This document shows, piece after piece, positions 1-7,091 of a stretch of 64,000 nt of DNA. This stretch comes from Arsukibacterium sp. (GTDB lineage: Bacteria > Pseudomonadota > Gammaproteobacteria > Enterobacterales > Alteromonadaceae), in contig NZ_JAWVZF010000001.1 of NCBI RefSeq assembly GCF_033722355.1, forward strand, positions 1,785 through 65,784, written 5' to 3'. The notes beneath the pieces were generated by a model. The model saw nothing but the letters and a program-made list of their open reading frames with translations, was not told the DNA's origin and searched no databases. The translations under genes were made by a program, and so were the position numbers. The first letter of the stretch is position 1. Each line of letters starts with the position of its first letter.

Positions 1-44
1 GGGCCTTGGCGTAAACTAGCATTAAAGCAGTTAATTGTAGGCTA

Positions 45-1379
45 ATGATGCAAAACCCCGATATTTATACCGTTTCCCGTTTAAACAGCGAAGTCAGGCT
101 GATTCTGGAGCTACAGTTTCAGCGGTTGTGGCTGGTGGGCGAGGTATCTAATTTCGTGCAGGCCGCATCAGGCCACTGGTATTTTTCATTAAAAGACCAG
201 GCCGCGCAGGTAAAGGTAGCGATGTTTAAACAGGCTAACCGCAATGCCTCGGTAAAACCGCAAAACGGCCAGCAGGTATTAATCCGGGCAAGGATCAGCG
301 TGTACGAGCCGCGCGGTGAGTATCAGCTGTTAGCGGAAATGATCGAGCCGGCGGGTGATGGTTTGCTTAAGCAGCAATACGAGCAGTTAAAAGCCCGCTT
401 GCAGGCCGAGGGGTTATTTGACGAAGCACGCAAAAAGCCGCTGCCGGCGCATATTAACCGGGTCGGGGTAATTACCTCGCCCACCGGTGCGGCCATCCGC
501 GATATTGTCAGTGTATTAGGGCGCCGCGCGCCGGCTATTGAAGTGATAATATACCCCTGCCTGGTCCAGGGCGAACAGGCGGCCGGCCAGCTTCGGCAGA
601 TGCTGAGCACCGCGATTCGGCGCAGTGAAGTGGATGTACTGATTATCGGCCGCGGCGGCGGTTCGCTGGAAGATTTATGGTGTTTTAATGATGAGCAACT
701 GGCCCGTGCTGTGGCGCAGTGCCCTATTCCGATTGTCAGTGCGGTCGGCCATGAAATTGATTTTGCGCTAACCGACTTTGTTGCCGATGTGCGCGCCCCT
801 ACCCCGTCGGCTGCAGCAGAGCTGGTATCGCCCGATCAAAGCCATTTACTGGAGCGTCTGCGCCGGCTGCACAGCGCGTTAGTGCAAGCGCAGCGTAGCC
901 AGTTAAACCGCTTAAAGCCAGACCTGAAGCAACTGGAGCAACGGCTGTTAGCACTGCACCCAAAACGGCGCTTACAACAACAGCAACAACGCTTAGACGA
1001 GCTGCAGCTGCGCTTGAACCGGGTGATTAGCCAGCAGCTTAGTAATGCCAAACGCCAGCAGCAGTATTTACAGCAAAGCCTGCAGCACTTATCCCCAGCC
1101 AAAGCGATTAAGCAGCAGCACGAACAATTACAACAACTACAACAACGGCTGCAACGCGGTATCAGCCAGCAGCTAAAACAGCAGCAGCAAACCCTTGGCC
1201 GCTTAAGCAACCAGCTAAACACCGTAAGCCCGCTAGCAACCTTAGCGCGCGGTTACAGTATTACCTTTGATGACAAACAACAGGTGCTAACCTCCAGCCG
1301 CCAGCTAAAAGCCGGGGATAAGGTAGCAATTAAACTGGCAGAAGGTGGTTTTGATGCCGAGGTAAAAAAGCTGAATTGA
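45..1379 (+). CDS. xseA: Exodeoxyribonuclease VII large subunit
   Basis: N-terminal OB fold (YTVSRLN...GEVSNF...SGHWYFSLKD), GVITSPTGAAIRD, RGGGSLEDLWCFN, SAVGHEIDF, APTPSAAAE and C-terminal LSPLATLARGYS-type motifs; Gln-rich coiled coil. Confidence 0.97.
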   Translation: MMQNPDIYTVSRLNSEVRLILELQFQRLWLVGEVSNFVQAASGHWYFSLKDQAAQVKVAMFKQANRNASVKPQNGQQVLIRARISVYEPRGEYQLLAEMIEPAGDGLLKQQYEQLKARLQAEGLFDEARKKPLPAHINRVGVITSPTGAAIRDIVSVLGRRAPAIEVIIYPCLVQGEQAAGQLRQMLSTAIRRSEVDVLIIGRGGGSLEDLWCFNDEQLARAVAQCPIPIVSAVGHEIDFALTDFVADVRAPTPSAAAELVSPDQSHLLERLRRLHSALVQAQRSQLNRLKPDLKQLEQRLLALHPKRRLQQQQQRLDELQLRLNRVISQQLSNAKRQQQYLQQSLQHLSPAKAIKQQHEQLQQLQQRLQRGISQQLKQQQQTLGRLSNQLNTVSPLATLARGYSITFDDKQQVLTSSRQLKAGDKVAIKLAEGGFDAEVKKLN

Positions 1380-1539
1380 GGTTCATCATTTTGATTTCTG
1401 CGGGCTAAGCTTAACGATCATGATAATGAGGAAGTGATTCAGCATCCTGAACATTCTGCAGAAACTAAAACCGGCCCAGCGACTGTTGCAGCCGCGGTTA
1501 CTGATAGGTTTATATGAAACGACAAAAAACATCATAGAA

Positions 1540-1566
1540 AAAGGCCGGTATTTGATACCGGCCTTT
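1540..1566 (-). terminator. Intrinsic terminator of the TonB receptor gene (possibly bidirectional with xseA)
   Basis: Perfect 12-bp stem AAAGGCCGGTAT-TTG-ATACCGGCCTTT, running into a T tract on the minus strand 25 nt after the receptor stop. Confidence 0.8.
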
Positions 1567-1591
1567 AGCAAAGTACGCCAGTTAAACGTTA

Positions 1592-3688
1592 TTAAAACGA
1601 TCCAACCAGACTCAGCATGGCGTTAATAGGCGCGCCCACTGTTGCCTGATGCGTCGAGTGCGCATTCGGGAAGTACAGCTCGTCTGTCAGGTTTTCAATA
1701 TGCAGCTGCAACCGAAGGTTGTGAGAAATATCATAGTATGCATAGGCGTCAACCCGGGTATAGCTTGGCAGCACCGCGCTATTGCTGCTATTGATAAAGC
1801 TTTCACCCTGGTAAGTGGCACCAATACCGACACCAAACGCATCATTTACCTGATAACTGCTCCAGACTGAAAAGGTGTTCTCAGGCAGTTCAGCCGGGGT
1901 GTTGCCGGTAGGGCCGCTGCGATTAACAATTTCACCTTCCATATAACTGTAATTTGCTGATACTGACCAGTCGCTGGTCAGCTGACCACTGAACTGCAGC
2001 TCGAAACCAGAAATTTCTGAGTCAATCACATCCAGGGTCGCCGGATCGTTATCCGCTACCTGCGGTGAGCTTTGTTCATTTTCAAACAACGCCGCCGTGA
2101 AGCTCAGCCCTTTGGCAAAATCCCATTTAATACCCAATTCCTGGTTTTTAAACGTATCAGGGTCTAACTGATTATTGCTGCCATTAATATCGGCATACTG
2201 CTCACCACTGCGGGGCAGAAATGATTCACTGTAGCTGGCATAAACAGAAACGTTCTGCTGTGGTTTATAAATAACGCCGGCGCGGGGAGAGATTTGCTCA
2301 TCGGTACGAGTTCTGTTTTCCTGCACTGACGGCAGGGCATTAAAGACTTCGATGTCAAACCGGTCAAAACGGGCACCCAGCACCAGTTGCAGTTTTTCTG
2401 ACAGCTTTATTTCATCCTGCAGATAAAATGAAAACACATCCAGATTAACCCGGGTGTCATCATTTAGATCGCTGAAGGTGGCAGTAACAACCTGGCCGTC
2501 AGCATTAAGACCGGTTAAAGCACGGAAATTTAATGGCCGCTGCACATTAAATGTCTCGCGGTCATCCATGTTGGAATCAAATACCGGATTAAAACGGTTC
2601 TGATCAGAATCAGTCTGGATAAATTCAGTACCAACAATCACAGTATGGCCAACCCGGCCTGTGTCAAATTCGCTGATAAGATTGCCTGACAGGATCAGAT
2701 TCTGCCGTAAGGTATTATCGACATAACCGTCCAGCTGAACGGTATTATTGCTCTGATTATAGCCACTGGCATAGAAATTAGAGTAGACCTTATCATAATC
2801 GCCATAATGGGCACTGAGGTTACCCTTCATCGTATCCGTGAAACGGTGTTCCAGCGCGGCTCTGAATACATGTGCCTGTAGCTCATGATAATTATTTTCA
2901 GGATCGGCAAACACGATATCTTTTAACGCGGCCACTGGCTTGCCATCGCTGCCGGTTGGAATACCACGGTCAATAAAGCGCTGATGATCAACATATTCAT
3001 AAGACAAATCGACAGCGGTATCTGAGCTTAATTCAATTCTTGCTGTTGGGTTAAAGCCGTAACGATCGCCATCGTAGAAGTCACGATGATTATCAAGTTG
3101 TTCAACCATCGCATTAATACGCACTGCAGAGGTGTCGCTGGTAGCAAAATTAGTGTCAATTTCCGCATTGATACCACCAAAAGTATTCAGCTGGCCTTTG
3201 TAGCCGGTAAATGCCTGACCAAGCTGCGCTTTTTTCGATACCCGGTTTAAGATGCCGCCGGTGCCGCCCCGCCCGAATAATAACGCATTAGGCCCCCGCA
3301 AAATTTCCACTTGCTCAATATTGTACAGAGCGCGGTAGTACTGAACATCGTCACGGTTGCCATCAATATAAAAGTCAGCGGTTGAGCGGACGCCGCGAAA
3401 TACTACTGAATCGCGATGGCCCTCGCCCTGTGAAGTATTTACGCCGGGGGTGTAGTCAATAATCTCGCCGATACTGGTATAGCCGCGCTCAGTGATTTGC
3501 TCGGCAGTGATGATTGATAAGCTTTGCGGCACGTCAATGATCGGAGTCGGTGTCTTTACCGAATTTGATTCATTAATAGACAGGTATTGCCCTTCAACAA
3601 CGATTCTTTCTACGTCCTTAATATCCTGAGCTACGGCGGTGTTGCTTAAGATCACCGCAGCAGCAATGCTCGTTAGTTTGAATTTCAA
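1592..3688 (-). CDS. TonB-dependent (siderophore-type) outer membrane receptor
   Basis: Signal peptide, TonB-box-like ERIVVEG, plug motifs (DVPQSLSII, IRG-like VFRG, YNIEQVEILRGPNALLFGRGGTGGILNRVSK), C-terminal NLTDELYF and terminal Phe; TTG start after a GGAG RBS. Confidence 0.93.
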   Translation of the reverse strand: MKFKLTSIAAAVILSNTAVAQDIKDVERIVVEGQYLSINESNSVKTPTPIIDVPQSLSIITAEQITERGYTSIGEIIDYTPGVNTSQGEGHRDSVVFRGVRSTADFYIDGNRDDVQYYRALYNIEQVEILRGPNALLFGRGGTGGILNRVSKKAQLGQAFTGYKGQLNTFGGINAEIDTNFATSDTSAVRINAMVEQLDNHRDFYDGDRYGFNPTARIELSSDTAVDLSYEYVDHQRFIDRGIPTGSDGKPVAALKDIVFADPENNYHELQAHVFRAALEHRFTDTMKGNLSAHYGDYDKVYSNFYASGYNQSNNTVQLDGYVDNTLRQNLILSGNLISEFDTGRVGHTVIVGTEFIQTDSDQNRFNPVFDSNMDDRETFNVQRPLNFRALTGLNADGQVVTATFSDLNDDTRVNLDVFSFYLQDEIKLSEKLQLVLGARFDRFDIEVFNALPSVQENRTRTDEQISPRAGVIYKPQQNVSVYASYSESFLPRSGEQYADINGSNNQLDPDTFKNQELGIKWDFAKGLSFTAALFENEQSSPQVADNDPATLDVIDSEISGFELQFSGQLTSDWSVSANYSYMEGEIVNRSGPTGNTPAELPENTFSVWSSYQVNDAFGVGIGATYQGESFINSSNSAVLPSYTRVDAYAYYDISHNLRLQLHIENLTDELYFPNAHSTHQATVGAPINAMLSLVGSF

Positions 3689-3812
3689 TTTACATTCTCC
3701 ACATCTTTAATTGCGTTTTTATGATTCTGAGGTATCGCTGATGTCGGCCAGACCGGAAAGTATCTCTGCTGTCCCGGTGTTGAGGTGCCAACCCGTTTTT
3801 ATTTGCGGCAAT

Positions 3813-3831
3813 GGTAATACGAATAGTTATT
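3813..3831. promoter_or_regulatory. Putative Fur box upstream of the TonB receptor
   Basis: GGTAATACGAATAGTTATT matches 12/19 of GATAATGATAATCATTATC; lies 125 nt upstream of a siderophore-type receptor. Confidence 0.45.
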
Positions 3832-3986
3832 AATTGCACGCTCATTGCGGAAATTTTTTGTCTGAAATAAGAATTAGTCTTGATTGCCAGCAGTAACCGG
3901 CTGATTATTTCGTCGCCGGCCAGGAACTTGATAAGATGCTGCCTGATTAATAACAATGCATCTGCATCAGGTAGTGGCAAAAACTC

Positions 3987-4559
3987 ATGTCCCACAATAC
4001 CATCACAATAAACCAAAAGCGGCAGCCACTGGACCACCTGCAATCGGTCTGGTTATTCGGCTATGGCTCGTTAATTTATAAAGCTGATTTCCCTTTTCTC
4101 AAGCGTAAGCCCGCTTGTATTTATGGCTGGCAGCGCCGCTTCTGGCAGGGCTCGCATGATCATCGCGGTACGCCGGAGGCACCGGGGCGGGTGCTGACGC
4201 TGACAGAAGCAACGGGCGAACGCTGCGCCGGTATGGCCTATCAGGTTACGCCTGATACCTTTGAGCATCTGGACCACCGTGAGAAAAATGGTTACCTGCG
4301 GGTATTTACTGAACTGCACTGGCTGGACGAACCGGGCCGGCAGGAGGGCCTGGTGTATTTAGCCGGCGCTGATAATGACGCTTATCTGGGGCCGGCCAGT
4401 GACGAGGCAATCGCTGCTCATATTGCTGCAAGCACAGGGCCCAGTGGCCCTAACAGTGAATACTTACTAAAACTGGCTGAGGCGCTGCGGCAAATGAATG
4501 AGCATGATGAGCATGTATTTGCAATCGAGCGCGAGCTGCTAAAATTAGTAAATCGGTAA
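3987..4559 (+). CDS. chaC: Gamma-glutamylcyclotransferase, ChaC family
   Basis: VWLFGYGSLIYK, FWQGSHDHRGTPEAPGRVLTL, LDHREKNGY and GPSGPNSEYL motifs. Confidence 0.9.
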   Translation: MSHNTITINQKRQPLDHLQSVWLFGYGSLIYKADFPFLKRKPACIYGWQRRFWQGSHDHRGTPEAPGRVLTLTEATGERCAGMAYQVTPDTFEHLDHREKNGYLRVFTELHWLDEPGRQEGLVYLAGADNDAYLGPASDEAIAAHIAASTGPSGPNSEYLLKLAEALRQMNEHDEHVFAIERELLKLVNR

Positions 4560-4578
4560 GCTAGCGGAACTGCAGAGG

Positions 4579-5259
4579 ATGTCAGACTCAACAGGTCAGG
4601 TATCAAAAAAAGATATCGTTACGGCACTTTTAGATAACTATGGCGAAACCTACGCACAGGAGCTGTCTGTCAAGCTGGAGAAGGGTACGCCGGCACCGCT
4701 GTTTCAGTGGTTATGTGCCTGCGTGCTTTTCAGTGCCAGAATCAGTAACGATATAGCCAAAGATGCGCTGCGGGCGCTTAAAAAAAGCGGCTGGACCACC
4801 GCAGATAAAATGGCGAAGAGCAACTGGAAGGACCGGGTAAAAACCCTGAATGACGCTGGTTACGCCCGTTTTGACGAGCGCACAGCCACGATGTTGGGTG
4901 ACGTTGCAAACGCCATGCAGGAACACTACAACGGTGATTTACGTAAACTACGTAAGGCAGCGGATCGCGACCCGCAACAGCAGCGCAAGCTGCTGAAGAA
5001 ATTTAAAGGCTTAGGCGATACCGGCGTTGATATTTTTATGCGGGAAGTGCAAGCAATCTGGCAAGAAATTGCACCTTTTGCTGATAAAAAAGCGCTGAAA
5101 GCTGCCGGAAAATTAGAGTTAGCAGACGATGCCGAGCAACTGGCAGAGCTGGTCAGCGATAATAACGAATTAGCAAAGCTATGCACCGCGCTGGTCCGGC
5201 TGGACTTCTCAGGTGACTATGATGAGCTGAGAGAAAAAGCACGGAATGGCGGTTCCTGA
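4579..5259 (+). CDS. HhH-GPD superfamily (endonuclease III-like) protein lacking the 4Fe-4S motif
   Basis: PLFQWLCACVLFSARIS helix, HhH hairpin LKKFKGLGDTGVDIF, downstream PFAD; no C-terminal Cys cluster. Confidence 0.7.
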   Translation: MSDSTGQVSKKDIVTALLDNYGETYAQELSVKLEKGTPAPLFQWLCACVLFSARISNDIAKDALRALKKSGWTTADKMAKSNWKDRVKTLNDAGYARFDERTATMLGDVANAMQEHYNGDLRKLRKAADRDPQQQRKLLKKFKGLGDTGVDIFMREVQAIWQEIAPFADKKALKAAGKLELADDAEQLAELVSDNNELAKLCTALVRLDFSGDYDELREKARNGGS

Positions 5260-5299
5260 GCAATGGCGGCAGATAACCATTATTCTCTGTGCGACTTAA

Positions 5300-5824
5300 T
5301 CACGATACCCGGCCAAATTCTTTGGCGACGTCTTTCATGCTGTGATAGGTCTTGTCGCTGAACTGCTTGATAATGGCCATTTGCTCATCATTGGCGTTAT
5401 CACGGGCAAATTGTTTAAGCTCATCGCCACTGGCCGGAAAATCGATACCGGCAAAAACGCTGGCAATATTGGCTGCCGATGCCACTTCCATCGCCCGGGC
5501 GCCGCCTTTTTTACTGGGCTGATCGTCCGGTTTTTCCTGATGGCTGCGCAGACCGCCAAAGGCCCTGCTAACCTCTGCTGCGTCACGGTATTGCTGCTCA
5601 GGCAGCGACTTGATAATCTCAGCAATGTCGCCGGCACGCTCATCATTGTTATCAATGGCGTCTAACAGCTCATCGCGGGAAGCCGGAAACTCAATGCCTT
5701 TCAGGGCTTTTTCAAGATCGGCGGCAGAAATGGCCTGCTTTGGGTGGGACGTCAGCATATGCCGCTCCAGCCTGGATTTCTGCTCAAAGGTGGCATCGCA
5801 AATATCACATGAAAACTGAGCCAT
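5300..5824 (-). CDS. C2H2 zinc finger + two DUF2795-like repeats, uncharacterised
   Basis: FSCDICDATFEQKSRLERHMLTSH = F-x-C-x2-C-x3-F-x5-L-x2-H-x4-H; internal repeats LKGIEFPASRDEL and FAGIDFPASGDEL. Confidence 0.8.
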   Translation of the reverse strand: MAQFSCDICDATFEQKSRLERHMLTSHPKQAISAADLEKALKGIEFPASRDELLDAIDNNDERAGDIAEIIKSLPEQQYRDAAEVSRAFGGLRSHQEKPDDQPSKKGGARAMEVASAANIASVFAGIDFPASGDELKQFARDNANDEQMAIIKQFSDKTYHSMKDVAKEFGRVS

Positions 5825-5825
5825 A

Positions 5826-6821
5826 TTATCTTACCTCCCCAACTGCTTTTTCCAGATCGGCCATCGTTTTGAACTTACGCTCAGGCAGCTCATTTAATAC
5901 CTCAAGAATGTCATCACTGGCATCATGTTCTTCGGCAAACTCCACCACTTCGTCTTTATTTCTGGGAAAATCAATGCCTTTCAGCGCCTTTGCAATGCCG
6001 GCTGCGGAAGCACTGTCCAATGCTGCTTTACCACCACGCCGGCCGCCCTTGCTGGGATCACCACGTGGCTCTTTCGGCTCAAGCTTAAAGTCAGGCGTGG
6101 TAAACTTGCCGTCTTCAATTGAGGCACCGGGCCAGTTTTTTGGTTTTAATCCCAGAGTGTCAAAAAGTGCAGGCTTGCCACTGATGTCAGCTTCGGTTTC
6201 AGCCAAATCATCGTGGGCCCCAATTAATAACAATTGGGCATTTTCGTAATCCAGCAGCCTGGTATCGCTGATATCAATCCAGCGTTTGTCAGCAAATTTT
6301 TCTTTCAGCTGTTGCGGATAGTCAGGTTTCTGATCGGGAAAACCCGGGGCATCAATATCAGGGTTTTTGACCGAAATAACAAAACTGGCCTCGGCTAATA
6401 TCCCAAGCTCTTTTTGAGCTTTGCCCGGTTTATCAGGCTGATGCAGCCGGTAGGCCAGCCTTGTGCTGTCATGGTGTTCAAATATCACGTAGCGGCCAGC
6501 GCCGGCCGGAATCGCTTCACCCTGTTGCCGTTCGCCTTCGGTTGAGGTGTCATATTCTAACGGACCAAGCTCGTTGCCAATCTCTGTTGGGCTGGCCGTC
6601 AGGTAATTCATCATCCATTCTCTTTGGGTCGATTTGGCTGAGCCGTCGCTGATGTCTGGCAGGCGCTTTTTGCCGATAACAAATAGCCGCGCCTTATCAT
6701 CGTTATCTGCCACCATCACCAGATAAAAGCGTTGCACATCATCAATGCTGTTAACCTGTTCGCTGTCAATTTTGCTGCGGTAGAAAAAATAAATATCGCC
6801 CTGTTCAAGGTTTGCTGTCAT
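5826..6821 (-). CDS. Uncharacterised protein with a C-terminal DUF2795-like domain
   Basis: 331-aa ORF with a strong RBS (AGGAGG); C-terminal LKGIDFPRNKDEVVEFA...LPERKFKTMADL; stop lies 1 nt before the next start. Confidence 0.8.
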   Translation of the reverse strand: MTANLEQGDIYFFYRSKIDSEQVNSIDDVQRFYLVMVADNDDKARLFVIGKKRLPDISDGSAKSTQREWMMNYLTASPTEIGNELGPLEYDTSTEGERQQGEAIPAGAGRYVIFEHHDSTRLAYRLHQPDKPGKAQKELGILAEASFVISVKNPDIDAPGFPDQKPDYPQQLKEKFADKRWIDISDTRLLDYENAQLLLIGAHDDLAETEADISGKPALFDTLGLKPKNWPGASIEDGKFTTPDFKLEPKEPRGDPSKGGRRGGKAALDSASAAGIAKALKGIDFPRNKDEVVEFAEEHDASDDILEVLNELPERKFKTMADLEKAVGEVR

Positions 6822-7091
6822 AACGCTGACCTCCTGCTGGCATCAGTCAGAATGTGGGTTCGTGCTGTTAAAACACGGCTTCGTTAATAGCAAAACAGCA
6901 TTCAATAAACATACCAGAACGAACAGAACAAACCGCAGGGTGATAAATCCATTAAAGCGCTGCAGAGCGGGCAAAGCAGGAGCCCGCCCTTGAAAAGACA
7001 GAACGCCGGTAACGCCGATGCGTGTATTATGAAAATATTGCCACCTTAAAGCATTTTTTACCGGTGGCAATCAAAGGGTGTCATCGCGCGA

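Noticed and set aside
840-1230. CAG/CAA-rich low-complexity stretch in xseA
   Set aside because: Normal Gln/Leu-rich coiled coil of XseA; no discrete repeat unit
1386-1571. 61-aa ORF between xseA and the TonB receptor
   Set aside because: Starts inside the terminator hairpin; no RBS or homology cue
3690-4043. 117-aa minus-strand ORF ending 1 nt before the TonB receptor start
   Set aside because: Overlaps chaC antisense, spans the putative Fur box/promoter, has no RBS or recognisable motif; probably a chance open frame
5740-6249. 169-aa plus-strand ORF
   Set aside because: Antisense shadow of the DUF2795 genes, which have clear repeats and RBSs
6843-7070. 75-aa ORF in the RND-DUF2795 gap
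   Set aside because: TTG start within a hairpin; no RBS or motif
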